A DNA stretch of 64,000 nucleotides from an uncultured bacterium. Lineage in GTDB: Bacteria > Hinthialibacterota > Hinthialibacteria > OLB16. A model generated the notes under the pieces. The model did no database searches, was not told where the DNA came from, and saw only the letters and a list, made by a program, of their open reading frames with translations. Positions 1-11,400 of the stretch are shown here, in pieces (positions within the stretch are counted from its first letter, which is position 1; the number at the start of each line of letters is the position of its first letter). Both the position numbers and the translations under genes were made by a program. The stretch is taken from assembly GCA_964481775.1 (NCBI GenBank), contig CAYZUX010000001.1:16840-80839 (forward strand). Reading direction: 5' to 3'.

Positions 1-2454
1 CACAATCCCGCTTGGGTAACAAGCGACACCCGAACTCGTGAGTGCATATGGAATCACTGTATGAAGACCACTCCGTCTGCAATTCTCGATTGATTTGGCG
101 ATGGATTCCTCTTTCTTTTCCTGGGGATCATCCGCCTTGAATAGCGCATTTATATGGATCCACGCACCCAGAAAGGGCTGATCCTTGCTGGAATCTCCAT
201 ACTCCCTGGTGAGAAACTCATAGGCTTCCTTGAGTTGGGTTGCCTCAAATCCGTTAACATCGCTGGCATGAGCTCCCGCCCCCTGAACCACCTCGACCAT
301 GTTTCGAAGGTTTTCCGCATAAATCCTGGCTTTCGCAACCTCAATACGAGCCAGTTCAGGAACCTTCTGATGATGAAACATTGAGGCTCTGATCAGATGA
401 TTGAAAAGATGCATCATGGCCTCACCGTAGGCAAATCTTTTCTCATCCTCAATAAGGCGTTTACGTTCAATTGGATGAGCGCAATCCAGAAGAGCCTGGT
501 CGAGCGCATTCCTGGCAAGTTCGATCTCACTCATCATTTCAACTACATCAAGACCATCATCGGTGATGGGATGACTTTCTTCATATTGCAGGCTTTTCAG
601 GGGAAACAAATCGTTGCTTATCGCATTCAGCCTGTTGGAGAGTGAATAGGATTTTTCCTGGCCTTCAGGAAGCTCGACATAGTGCTTGAGAGCTTTAATG
701 TTGGACAACCCGCGTTCAAGATGCTCATAGAAGGTTCGTGTCTGCTGTGATGTGGTGGGATAAAACTTTTCAAAATAATCCGCGAGAAACGCATCCACAT
801 TCGTTGTCGGATTCCACAACAACTGAGCCATCAGCCTCTGGTTTATCGTCCATGTCCCCCAGTTCCTCGTGGGAGTATGCATGTACTGAAAATGACGTAC
901 ACCATAGCGATGGAACCAGGGAATATCCGCTGCCATGATGTGGGAATAGACCACGGGCAGAATACGTAGGCGGCTGACATTATAGTATTCTCCGATACAA
1001 ACATCTCCGTGGTAGTGTTTTCCCCTCATCCAGTCCAGAAAATGCTGTGCCATGGGCTGGTTAATTTCCGTGGATGCCGGATCACCAAAGGCATGAGTGT
1101 AGGTTCTGCCGATCGGGTAGAGGGTCACTGCTATGGTGTTGTAATCAAAATCAGGCGGGAGGGGACGATCCGGTGGATTCAGAGTTTCATGGTATGCGCA
1201 AGTATGAAGCAGAACCTGACGGGAAAGACGCCCTGCGGACTGAGCCTCTTTCATCACTTTTTGAACCTGGTGAACAAGAAGGAGCAGGCGGTTGGTTGGG
1301 CTGCCAATACGAGCACAGTGTTCACATTCGCACCAGGGACGTGCATCCAGTGCCCAAAAATTAACAATATCGACGTACTTCCAGTCTCCATCGATCAGGG
1401 ATTTGACGAAATTCCGGGCGAGGAAATCGGCTCCATCGGCATTTGATGTGCAGATGTTGCAGGCACCGAAATTCTCATCCATTTCACGCTGCCGTTCACC
1501 TTTCAGAAGACCATACCAATCCGGATGAGCCTCGAAGTTGCTCAGCTGGCCGTTTCCATCTGTATCGCCTTTATATTCACCAGTTGATGATGACACATAG
1601 GGGTCCTTGGGCTTTTCATCATCTCCATTGAATTTGGGATGATTAAAGGGATAGGGTCCATCCGGGTCGATAAACAACTTATAAGGAGCATGACCACCAA
1701 TGACCAGTTTCAGACCGATCTTCTTACAGAAATGGGGATTGTGTTGGGCAGCAGTCCAATAGTTCAAACGATTCCTTGCCATCCACAGGAGAAAGTCTTC
1801 ATCCCCACGATCCTCCCAGGCCCAGAAACCACGGCTTTGGAAAGCTGGTTTTGTGCGAATGTCCAGTTTTTCAGGCAGAACAACCGGCCTTGAAGGAAAA
1901 ACTGTTCCCTGTTCCCCCAGCCCGAAGAAGCGAAAACCCAGGTGCTCGAGATAATCGTAGACTCCATACAGACATCCAACCCGGTCATCCCCCTGGATTA
2001 TGGTGATGAACTGGCCGCCTTCCCGGGACGAATGGATCCGGTAGGATTCCGCACAGGTCTCGGTGGTTTGAGATTCTGTGCCTTGGGAAGCATACCGGCC
2101 CAGAAGTGCATTCGAAGACGGGGTTCCTATCAGAATCACTGAACCTGTAGAGGGGATTCCTTTTTCAATCGGCACCAGATTGATGGGCGTTTCAGGAGGT
2201 ATGCCACCTGACCTCAAGAATTTCTGAAGCTCCAATGCGGCGAATGATTCGGTACAGGCATCGTCATCAGACTTATCCTCATCCCACCAGTTCACTTTTT
2301 CTTCGGATATTCCGGCGGATTCTATCGAACCAAAAGGGCCGGGATTCGCAAGAATCGAGATCGAGTCCACCCCCCAGGCTGGGTGCAAAAACAGGAAACC
2401 AATCAGAATGGGCCAGTGAATTCCATACAAACCGCTGAAACGGTTGCTTTGCAT
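1..2454 (-). CDS. Secreted putative glycoside-hydrolase-like protein (DUF4838-like); the C-terminal part lies beyond the window edge
   Basis: The track omits this ORF because it has no stop inside the window. My own translation of the minus strand from the ATG at 2454..2452 (GGAGGG 7 nt upstream) stays open to position 1. The N-terminus looks like a signal peptide (MQSNRFSGLYGIHWPILIGFLFLHPAWG). Motifs include NPHFCKKIG, DARPWCECEHCARIG and WFHRYGVRHFQYMHTP. All plus-strand track ORFs across 150..2634 are short and mutually overlapping, as expected for antisense noise. Confidence 0.55.
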   Translation of the reverse strand, partial: MQSNRFSGLYGIHWPILIGFLFLHPAWGVDSISILANPGPFGSIESAGISEEKVNWWDEDKSDDDACTESFAALELQKFLRSGGIPPETPINLVPIEKGIPSTGSVILIGTPSSNALLGRYASQGTESQTTETCAESYRIHSSREGGQFITIIQGDDRVGCLYGVYDYLEHLGFRFFGLGEQGTVFPSRPVVLPEKLDIRTKPAFQSRGFWAWEDRGDEDFLLWMARNRLNYWTAAQHNPHFCKKIGLKLVIGGHAPYKLFIDPDGPYPFNHPKFNGDDEKPKDPYVSSSTGEYKGDTDGNGQLSNFEAHPDWYGLLKGERQREMDENFGACNICTSNADGADFLARNFVKSLIDGDWKYVDIVNFWALDARPWCECEHCARIGSPTNRLLLLVHQVQKVMKEAQSAGRLSRQVLLHTCAYHETLNPPDRPLPPDFDYNTIAVTLYPIGRTYTHAFGDPASTEINQPMAQHFLDWMRGKHYHGDVCIGEYYNVSRLRILPVVYSHIMAADIPWFHRYGVRHFQYMHTPTRNWGTWTINQRLMAQLLWNPTTNVDAFLADYFEKFYPTTSQQTRTFYEHLERGLSNIKALKHYVELPEGQEKSYSLSNRLNAISNDLFPLKSLQYEESHPITDDGLDVVEMMSEIELARNALDQALLDCAHPIERKRLIEDEKRFAYGEAMMHLFNHLIRASMFHHQKVPELARIEVAKARIYAENLRNMVEVVQGAGAHASDVNGFEATQLKEAYEFLTREYGDSSKDQPFLGAWIHINALFKADDPQEKKEESIAKSIENCRRSGLHTVIPYALTSSGVACYPSGIV

Positions 2455-2894
2455 TTCAGTTCCCTCCCTTTGGCATCTTTGGCCAAGTCATTTCTTTGGC
2501 CTGAACAAGTCAATCTGTCCCCTCCAGGAATTCCTGGTATGGAATATGCTAGACAGTATTCATTCATCCGTCATTCACAGGATGCAGTCCACCTCTTGTT
2601 CCGGGAAGAAATGGAAAATGAGTTCCGTATGTGAAACAACTTTTTCATACAAAGAGGCTTCCAGTCAAGGGGAATCAATTCACCAGGGGCCGTCCACCCG
2701 CCGGGCAAGGCGTTGCCGGTGTGGGAACCTCTCTGGGAATGAAAAAAATCTATCACCACAAGATCTGAATGGTAATTCCTTAAGTAAATTTCATGCCTTT
2801 GAGAGATTGGCAGGAACAGGCAAAAAAACGATTGACAGGGTCATGACAGGACATTACGATTCAACAAGTAAAATCATGAAGTAGGTTTTCACAT

Positions 2895-4327
2895 ATGAAA
2901 CTTATGGGCGTCAAAAGCTCAGCCAAGGAGTTACTCATGAAGCCAATCACCCTCCTTTCCAGTCCGGGAAATCCATTGACCCTCATTCTGCTCTTGGCTT
3001 TTTTCCCATTTCCTTTCGCCAATGCTGCCACTATCCACGTTGCCAAAAACACCCCTATTTCGTCAGTTCAGACGGCGGTCAATATGGCCACAGATGGAGA
3101 TGTAGTCCAGATTGACGACAGCGCTGTCTATAACGAGAGCGTAGCGGTCAACAAACCCATTACCCTCATGGCCGCTCCAGGTCAAACACCAACCCTACAG
3201 TACGACTCCACAAATCCGAATCCTGTTTCTTATATGATCTATTGCTCAGCCGCAGGTGCAAAATGTGGATCAAACGAAGGTGGTCAAATCACACTGGACG
3301 GGGCGTGCAATCCGAATATCACTGTCTTCCTCGGTACGAATGTCAACTCGGGTGAGGTGATCTTCGAAAACCTCAGGTGCATCAATGGTCAACCTCCTGA
3401 CCAGTTCATCTACCCTGATCCTGATCCACCCGGAGCTGGAGGAGGCGGGAACTCAGTCTTTACATTCAATAACATTGTCGGCGAAGCAGCTGGTTGTGAT
3501 CCCGGCACACGCTTTGATGACATGGATTTTCCGATCCGTCCAGATTTCCTCGAGGGATCCACTCTGAATCTGAACTTCTGCACGGTTACGAATGCAGACC
3601 GGATGTGCATTCTCCATGGAGGTCGGATATCCCACAAAGCTTTGGGACGGTGAACATCCATGGTTGCATCCTGACAGGACGTGAACTGGCGATTACGAAC
3701 GAGCCACCTTCCCGCCCGATCACCTGGACTGTGACTGACTCGGTTCTGGAAAGTACCATACCTCCTGCTGAAAGCCAGATTTTTGGTACTTTCTCAGCAT
3801 GGTGGGTGCGTTCCGCCGGCCAAGTCATTCACGCCACACGGACGGTCTTTATCGATAACGCACAGGGTGGGCGTGCCTTCTATCCGTGGTGGCCGGGAGA
3901 CACATCCATCATGACCTTTGACCATTGCGATTTCCTAAGCCGAAATGGAAATCCAGTCCATCTGGGTCCTCCGACACTTATCGGGGAACGCTACTTATCA
4001 ATCAGGAACTCCATCCTGCAGTCCAATGATCCCAATCGACCGGGTTTCCGGGATGATGGTGCAATCACTGATTCCGATGTGTTTGAAAATGATTACAATA
4101 ACCTGAATACAGGGTATGGTGGCATTGATGAATACTGGCCTCCCATCAAGGGTGTGCATGACATTATCCCGCCAGCTACAGCGGATTATGTTCATCCCTT
4201 TCTTCTGGAGTACAATTTTAGGTATACGATCCCCGTACTACTCACAGGAGATGAATCCGGCGGTCCTGTTGGAAGTTTCCTGAAATCCGGGGAGGTCACT
4301 GACATCACCAATTGGAACATGTACTGA
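2895..4327 (+). pseudogene. Secreted right-handed parallel beta-helix protein, disrupted by a frameshift (or sequence error); paralogue of the 5141..7951 protein
   Basis: Two track ORFs (2895..3653 frame 0; 3605..4327 frame 2, TTG/GTG start) overlap by ~50 nt. Together they align colinearly with one repeat of the 936-aa paralogue (TIHVAKNTPISSVQTAVN.. versus TIQAALNSVSPGG..; ..NFCTVTNADRMCI / FSMEVG / GTVNIHGCILTG versus ..NCVTLTNCVRECIFSANAATGVININ). This implies two 1-nt deletions between ~3610 and ~3645. The N-terminus has a signal peptide (LLSSPGNPLTLILLLAFFPFPFANA). Confidence 0.5.
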
Positions 4328-4410
4328 GGACTTTATGACAACGAGGGAATTTCGTTGGGAGAATCGGGAATAGGAATATTTCCTGTTCGCAGGTTATTAA
4401 GGAGTTTCCG

Positions 4411-5091
4411 ATGAAATCTTATAAACCAATTCAGTTTTTCAGCAGAGGATTTACTTTGATTGAGCTTCTCATCGTGATTGCAATCATCCTGATCCTGATT
4501 GCAATCGCACTTCCGAATTTTCTTGAAGCCCAGATCCGGGCCAAGGTCGCCAGTGCACGAGGAGGACTTCGTTCTATCCAGACGGGATATGAGGCTTATT
4601 ATGCAGACTATAAGCAATATGTTCCATCTCATCGTTTCAGCTTCCTCAACCGCGCAAGTCCTCCGAACATCGACGGATCAGACATGCGGCTCCTGACTAC
4701 ACCGATTCCATATATTAAAAATGCTTTACCACGCGATCCTTTCACGAATAGAGATCCCTATGCCGGACTCTCGTACAATACAGAGTCCTACTTCACAGCC
4801 TATGGCGCCTGGCGTGGTCCTGATGGGAGTACCAAGTATGCGAATGACGGACCAGGTCCTTTTGGCATGGTTCCCGTTCCTTTTGACAGTTGGATGGGAT
4901 GGAGCTCGGGGCCAGACAATCAGGCACAGACGGGTGGTTACCGTCCGGAACAGATCGTGATGAGAAATGAACAATTGGGATTGAGGAACTATTCTCCTTA
5001 CTACAACGGTGTCCGCTACTCTCCAACCAATGGGACTACAAGTCTCGGCGATATTTATGTATTCGGGCCTGGTGCAATCAGAAAGTATTGA
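4411..5091 (+). CDS. GspG-like pseudopilin / prepilin-type N-terminal cleavage-methylation domain protein (paralogue 1 of 3)
   Basis: AAGGAG RBS 7 nt upstream. The class III leader is MKSYKPIQFFSR|GFTLIELLIVIAIILILIAIALPNFLEAQIRAKV, with G-1/F+1/E+5. The C-terminus (SPTNGTTSLGDIYVFGPG) resembles the GspG calcium-binding loop. Confidence 0.85.
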   Translation: MKSYKPIQFFSRGFTLIELLIVIAIILILIAIALPNFLEAQIRAKVASARGGLRSIQTGYEAYYADYKQYVPSHRFSFLNRASPPNIDGSDMRLLTTPIPYIKNALPRDPFTNRDPYAGLSYNTESYFTAYGAWRGPDGSTKYANDGPGPFGMVPVPFDSWMGWSSGPDNQAQTGGYRPEQIVMRNEQLGLRNYSPYYNGVRYSPTNGTTSLGDIYVFGPGAIRKY

Positions 5092-5140
5092 TTGAGTTGT
5101 TTTTTTTGTTGTATCCACCCAAACAAGGAGGAAAGCCACA

Positions 5141-7951
5141 ATGACGGCAGCAAGTGTGTTTTACCGTTGGGTCGTTCCCGCAGTAATCTCATTTCTCACA
5201 GTTGTTTCCCTCCCAGCCTCTGCTTACACCCTTGAAAGAGTTCCGACAGACCATACTACAATCCAGGCTGCTCTCAACTCGGTTTCTCCTGGTGGTACTG
5301 TGCTCATTGAAAACAGCGCGGTTTATGATGAAGAACTCGTGATTCAGACTGCGAATATCCGCATTGTTGCGGCCTCCGGTGAAACCCCCACGATCCGCTA
5401 TGCGGGTGGCCAGAGCTACATCATTTTTGCTGACAAGCCTTGCAGAATCGGTTCCAACACTGGTGGGCGCATCACCATTGACGGAAACCGTGGTGGCCCG
5501 GGGACCCAGACTCATGTTTTTCGAACGGTTCATACCTCCGGGGAAGTGCGGATCGAGAACATTGACGTCACTAATGTACGCAATAACCAGGTGGTCTATC
5601 CAAGTGGCGGAACAGCAGATATCACACTCAACAATGTACATATCGATGGCGGAGGGATCCTTCAATTTGCCATCCGTGTTGATTTTTTGAACAGTGTACT
5701 GACTCTTAACTGTGTCACACTCACAAATTGTGTCCGTGAGTGTATATTTTCCGCCAATGCCGCAACTGGTGTGATCAATATCAACAATTCGGTCCTCTCC
5801 GCGGGATTCGATGTGGTCTTTTTTGATTTCGCGGCCGGTGGATTCACCCTGAATATCAATGATTCCCTCATCAATGAAACAGGTGGAGGTGGAGGTTTCA
5901 GCGCTTTGTATACCCGTGGTCCCATGACCATAAACATGGCGAATTCCGTGATTCGCACGGGTGACATCGATGGTTTTGGTTTCTACCATTTTGATGACCA
6001 GGCGGGAACGGGACCTGTGAATTTTAATGCTGATCATTGCGATTTTGTCGCTGACTTCCCCTTCCGCCTCCTCTCCAGCACGGCGGCCAATAATTACACC
6101 TTAACAAACTGCAACTTTGTTCATGGTCCCTCGGCTGGACGTGGACAGTTGCTTGGTGGAGCCGGTGGCGGCGATGACACCTTTGTTTGGGATTATAACA
6201 ATGTCCAGAGTAACAGCTATGATGCCTTTCCGGTCGGAGCGAATGATATTCACATCGATCCACTTTATACAAACGTCGCAAGCGGGGATTTTACATACTC
6301 TGATGCGACGGTCCTTGTATCGGATAGTGCCGGAGGACCAATCGGCGCCAACGCGGCCTTTCCTGCTAGTATCTGTGCGGAGGATTTTGTGATCCGTGTG
6401 CCCTCTGATTATCCGAGTATCCAGGCTGCAATTGATGCCTCAGTTCCATATGGCGTGGTTAGGATTGAGGACAGTGGAATTTACGAGGAATGTCTCTTGA
6501 TCAGCATACCGGGACTTACCATTGAGGCTGCTCCCTGCCAAAGCCCGGTGATCCGCTACAACGGTTCGCAGAGTTACCTGGTACGGATCACTGAACCATG
6601 CCAGTTCGGATCGAATTCAGGCGGCCGGATTTTGCTTGACTCGAACCTGGGTGGTCCGGGATCTTTATCACGTGTCCTGGATGCTCTGCATACATGGGGA
6701 ATGGTTGTCTTCGAAAATCTGAGTCTGGACAACATGCGCAACACTTACATGTTCAGACCGACTGCATCAACCAGCGATGTTACAATGAACAACGTGGATG
6801 CGGATGGACATGATCAGGGTCTCGGATTGGCAATAGTTCAATTCCCGATCAGGCTCGATACTCACAACAGTACCTTAACTCTCAACTATTGCAACTTCAG
6901 ACGGATGGCTCGCGATGCGATCTATTCAGCTGGATCAGCTTCCGGAGTGATCAACATCCTCAATTCCGTTGTCGAGGCGGGTTTTGATACCGTCTTCTTT
7001 GACTTTGCAGCCGGAGGATTTACAATCAACATTGATAATTCCTACATAAATGAGACAGGCGGAGGCGGAGCGTTTTCATGTTTTTATGTGCGTGGACCAA
7101 ACACCATCAACATGAAGAATTCCGTACTTCGTACCGCGGATTTTGATGGTTTTGGTTTCTATCATTTCGATGACCAGGCAGGGGCTGGACCTGTGATTGC
7201 GAATTTTGACCATTGTGATTTTGTTGCGGATTTCCCATTCAGATTGCTGAGTAGTTTTTCGGCGAATGTTTATACGGTGACTGAGTGCAATTTCGTTCAC
7301 GGCCCAACTGCATCTGGAAGGGGTCAGCTACTCGGTGGCCCGGCTGGAGGAGATGACACCATCATCTGGGACTACAACAATGTTGTCAGTAATTCCTATG
7401 GTTCCTTCCCGGTTGGTGACCACGACATTCATATTGATCCATCCTACACCTCAGTTACTAGTGGAAATTTCACCTATTCAGAACCAACGGTTTTGGTTTC
7501 GGATTCCTCAGGCGGACCCCTTGGAACCAACACGAACTTCGGACCTTCTGTCCATGTACCGACCCTCTCACTGGATTACACACAGGGTACTGGCTTTGAG
7601 GTGGATGTTCTGGCGCCAGATAACACCCCGGCAGCGCAACCGAAAAGTCAACCTGTCCATGTCTTCTCGCAGAATGTCGGTAATGTGCTTATTTCCACGC
7701 TGAATATAAAGGGAACAAATGCAGCGGATTGGAATATCTTGTGTGATCCACCGATTATTGTGAACAAGTCTTGCCCGGTCTCCATTAAGGTTGAGTTTGA
7801 TCCACAGGAAACCCAACCCACCTACGGCCTTATCGCTTCATTGGAAATAGGCACGAACGATCTTGCCAATGCTGTGGTAACAGTTGCCCTGGAAGGAGAT
7901 GCGGTTGGGGGTGTTCCATCGGCGGTTATCGACTGGAGTATCTACGAATAG
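5141..7951 (+). CDS. Large secreted beta-helix (pectin-lyase-fold) protein with an internal tandem duplication and a C-terminal choice-of-anchor-D/ASH-like beta-sandwich domain
   Basis: GGAGG RBS upstream. Signal peptide MTAASVFYRWVVPAVISFLTVVSLPASA. Two ~385-aa repeats (aa ~29-410 and ~413-800) share long identical blocks (GFGFYHFDDQAG.GPV, HCDFVADFPFRLLSS, GRGQLLGG.AGGDDT). The C-terminal ~130 aa follow the pattern F..NVG.....T..I.N.G...L.I........F...C.....P..SC....F.P.......A.L.I..N.....V.L.G. Confidence 0.85.
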   Translation: MTAASVFYRWVVPAVISFLTVVSLPASAYTLERVPTDHTTIQAALNSVSPGGTVLIENSAVYDEELVIQTANIRIVAASGETPTIRYAGGQSYIIFADKPCRIGSNTGGRITIDGNRGGPGTQTHVFRTVHTSGEVRIENIDVTNVRNNQVVYPSGGTADITLNNVHIDGGGILQFAIRVDFLNSVLTLNCVTLTNCVRECIFSANAATGVININNSVLSAGFDVVFFDFAAGGFTLNINDSLINETGGGGGFSALYTRGPMTINMANSVIRTGDIDGFGFYHFDDQAGTGPVNFNADHCDFVADFPFRLLSSTAANNYTLTNCNFVHGPSAGRGQLLGGAGGGDDTFVWDYNNVQSNSYDAFPVGANDIHIDPLYTNVASGDFTYSDATVLVSDSAGGPIGANAAFPASICAEDFVIRVPSDYPSIQAAIDASVPYGVVRIEDSGIYEECLLISIPGLTIEAAPCQSPVIRYNGSQSYLVRITEPCQFGSNSGGRILLDSNLGGPGSLSRVLDALHTWGMVVFENLSLDNMRNTYMFRPTASTSDVTMNNVDADGHDQGLGLAIVQFPIRLDTHNSTLTLNYCNFRRMARDAIYSAGSASGVINILNSVVEAGFDTVFFDFAAGGFTINIDNSYINETGGGGAFSCFYVRGPNTINMKNSVLRTADFDGFGFYHFDDQAGAGPVIANFDHCDFVADFPFRLLSSFSANVYTVTECNFVHGPTASGRGQLLGGPAGGDDTIIWDYNNVVSNSYGSFPVGDHDIHIDPSYTSVTSGNFTYSEPTVLVSDSSGGPLGTNTNFGPSVHVPTLSLDYTQGTGFEVDVLAPDNTPAAQPKSQPVHVFSQNVGNVLISTLNIKGTNAADWNILCDPPIIVNKSCPVSIKVEFDPQETQPTYGLIASLEIGTNDLANAVVTVALEGDAVGGVPSAVIDWSIYE
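5226..7541 (+). repeat. Intragenic tandem duplication, two units of ~1.15 kb (approx 5226..6366 and 6383..7541)
   Basis: The two units translate to ~40-75% identical protein blocks. The nucleotide copies differ at many third-codon positions, so the duplication is old and not an assembly artefact. Confidence 0.8.
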
Positions 7952-8006
7952 GTCTTTCACAAAGAAGGGTCTGGCTTGGTTCTGTGTATCCGGAATACTG
8001 AAGCAT

Positions 8007-8050
8007 CCGCCCGGTTTCACAGTAAGCGTGAAACCGGGCGGTGACTTTTC
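8007..8050 (+). terminator. Rho-independent terminator downstream of the beta-helix gene
   Basis: Perfect 14-bp stem ccgcccggtttcac / gtgaaaccgggcgg with a 7-nt loop, followed by tgacttttc. It starts 56 nt after the stop at 7951. Confidence 0.7.
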
Positions 8051-8421
8051 GTAAACCTAACCTGTTGCAGATTCTCAAAATGCACAGTGGTTCTGAAACG
8101 AAACCAATTCCCATCTGGTACCTGGGAAGGGGTCCAAATTCCTGGTCGCAAGGTTGCGGATAAGGTAAGTGCAGCAATGGTTGAAAACCTTGAACCCATC
8201 GAGCCATCGTTACTCTGTCAGTCGGTTGAAATGGTGTTCTCACTCGAGAATCCGTTGGGTGAAAAAGGGGATCAGGGGATGATCGAGCAATTGGATACCC
8301 ATAGCGAAAGCATGCCAGAGGTGCAGGTTGCATGGGCGAAAGGTATTGAGGAAAAAATTTCTTCGGCAATTTCCACGCTTATGTTTGAAGGCATTAACTG
8401 ATTTTGATTTGAACAGCCATA

Positions 8422-11400
8422 ATGCGATTGAATATTATTATCATTGCTGTTCTTGCTGGATTCCTGTGCCGTCCTTTATCTGTGACTCCCCAGTCGTTGG
8501 AGATGATTTCCTGCGAAATCCGCGATGATTTTGAAACCGGAGAGAAAAGTGCCTGGGAAACCTACCCATTTTTTCAGGACATGGGTTTCAATCCGACCTT
8601 ATCTTGCACCGGAGAGCCAGCGCGTCATGGAAGATTTTCCTTGTCGCAAACATTCCAACCGACTGATACAGATTACCCTACAGATCTCAACCGGGTCGGA
8701 GTTATAAAGAGGATCTGCATTACAACGTCGGATGTAACCAACATAAAGTTTTCTTTTTTTGTCCAATCTGACCGTCGCCCAAAATGTCTGGATGTTATTT
8801 TATGCTCGGATGAGGGGGATCGTTTTACAAAGAGCATCGCTAATCCTCTGGTTAATGAATGGATTGATATCGAAATACCGTTAAGAAATTTTCTTAATGG
8901 AAATATTGCATTAGGTCCCAATACTGGTATTGAAGCGATCGTGATCGTGGCTGAATTTGGAGTAGTATCACCTGACAAAAGCTACTCGTTGAACCTCGAT
9001 TCAATCAGTATGATAGGAAAGAGACAACGCCGATTAATCCCTGTTTTCCCGGAAGGAACCTGGCTTGAACATTTTCAACGCACCGTATTGCATCGGCATT
9101 TTCACCCAAGAGAGGAAATATCTGTCAGCACCCGTGCTGAGGAGATGGGGAACAATAATGCGCTGAAATCTGTTCACTGCATGGTGATCAATCCCGATGG
9201 AAATATCCCCGCCAGGGAAATTGAATGCTTTGACAACGGCACGCACGGCGATCAATCCGGCGGAGATGGAATCTGGTCTTGCCATGGAATCTATCGACTC
9301 GGAAAGACAGACCCTCCCGGCCGGTGGCAGATTCGCCTTGAAGGCAGAACGGCAGAAGACTTGATCATTGAAAGTACTTTTGATTTTCTCGTCCCATCAT
9401 GTACTTTTTCACCGGATCTCCATCCCAGGCTCCTTTTCACAAATGAGGATGTGAAGAAGAGAAAGGATTTACAACAAAATTATCAGCTCCTCAAACAGCT
9501 CTATGACGAAGCAGTCGATAAGACAAAAAAGGAACTCGAAGGAGAATCAATCAGTTACCATCCTGAGTACAGTGGTGTCAATTCAGAATATCTTGGCGGC
9601 GGTCTTTTTTCACCGAGTTGGGATCAATTTGAGCGATGGATCAATGGTCTGAATGCATCGATTCCCGCCATGGATTGTGCTTTACTGTACTCTCTCACTG
9701 GCGATCAAGCCATGGGGCAACGGGGAAAAGAATTCCTTTTGCATGTCTGCGGCTTCAGGACATGGAACCATCCATGGATGAAGTCACGTGGAATTCACAT
9801 GTATTACCCGGTTGGATATACCGCCTACCGTACAGCAGTTGCATATGATCTCCTTTACCCGTTGATGGATAATGAAGAGCGTCAGTTGGTAAGGGAGGCA
9901 CTCCTCAACAAGGTGATTATACCAGCCTACAAAGGAGAGGTTCTGGATAATCATATTCCTTCGAACATTTCCAATCACCTTGGTGTCAGCTGTACGGGCG
10001 TACTTTTGGCCCTGATTGCCTTGCTTGGTGAAGATCCGGAAAATCCTTATATGGAACCTTACCTCTCCGGCATCCTGAGTAAACTGGAAGCTCATATTGA
10101 TGCGGCATATCTCCCTGATGGAAGTTATGCTGAACCAAACTCCTATTTCCATATGGATGCCGAAATGACTGTCAAGGCCATGGCCTGTCTTCTGAAAAAC
10201 TTTTGCATCGATTGGACTGGTAAGAAGGGGATCGGTGATGCATGGCAATATTCGATTTATACCTCAACTCCCTCTGGAGAAGAGTGCCTCGATATGGGTG
10301 ATGGCTATGACTTCTGGAAAGATAACGGCATAAAACCACTCATCTGGGCCTCATGCCAGATGAATAATGGAATTGCTTGGGACCGGTACCTGTGGACCCG
10401 TGGACCTGACATCAATAAGAGGCTTGTAGCAGACTTCTTTGATTACCTGTGGGCGCCGCTCGACCTTGAGGCAGTTCCCGTGAACCACCTGCCACCCTCA
10501 AAATGGTTCTGGGCGAAAGGCTTCGCGTGCTTTCGTGGAGGATGGGGTTCTGATGACCTCCTTCTTCTATTCAAGGCGGGCCCCCATTCCAACCATCATC
10601 ATCTCGATCAGGGGAATTTCCTTCTGCGCTATGGAAATGAGAATTTACTGGTGGAGGGAGGATACGCTGACTACTACACCAATGGTTATTATCATTCTTT
10701 TTATGAACAAGCAGTGGCGCATAATACGGTCCTTGTCGGAAACTATCCGGAATCCCAAGGAGTCAGTGATCTTCGTAATCAGGTAAAAGCCCTTGACCGA
10801 TATCCCCAAATCCTGGATTGTTTCACGGGCTGCATTGTTGATGCCCTCGAATCGGAATTATCATCAGTATACAAAGGAAGAATGAACAAATTCAGACGAT
10901 CAATCATCTTCCTCAAACCAGATTATCTCGTCCTTTTCGATAATATCACTGCAAATCAACCTGAGTCCATCCAGTGGTTGTTTCATGCCGCGAATAAAGA
11001 TTACATTCATGCCGGATCAAAGACATGCCTGATACGTCAGCCACGAGCTTCCCTGCGCATGGAAATTTTGGAACCTGTAGGCTGTAAAGCAAGTGTCAAA
11101 GATCACCCGGATAGTGAGAAGGGGATATTGTGGTTGTCAACAACTGAATCAGTTGAGAGCACAAAATTTCTTTCCGCATTGATTCCCTCAAAAGAAAAAA
11201 ACTCAAAAGAACATGATAAATGGGTTGTCTCGAAAGTTAACTGTTCAGGCTGGTCGGGTATCCGGGTTCAAAGAGGGGACCTCCTGGATGAAGTTTACTT
11301 TAGAGAGGAGTGTAATCAGGGCGAAATGCTGCCAAACTACAAGACCGACTCTGACAGATATGTTATCACAGTGAATCCTCAAGGAACAATGACTCGTTTT

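Noticed and set aside
150-2634. Cluster of a dozen short plus-strand ORFs (154..384, 397..645, 1009..1446 and so on) plus two short minus-strand ORFs (150..344, 1764..1988)
   Set aside because: They are mutually overlapping and low-complexity, and all lie antisense or out-of-frame to the long minus-strand reading frame that is open across the whole region. They are treated as noise.
5189-6037. 282-aa minus-strand ORF inside the beta-helix gene, and similar long antisense ORFs (22556..23320, 33923..34528, 36028..36948, 54218..54814, 54974..55621)
   Set aside because: Each lies wholly inside a well-supported gene on the opposite strand. Their translations are Arg/His/Cys-rich without motifs. 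They are typical antisense frames of mid-GC coding DNA.
8087-8401. 104-aa acidic ORF in the 470-bp gap between the beta-helix gene and the heparinase-like gene
   Set aside because: It has no recognisable motif or convincing RBS and lies just downstream of a strong terminator. It could be a small real gene but I cannot support it, so it is left uncalled.
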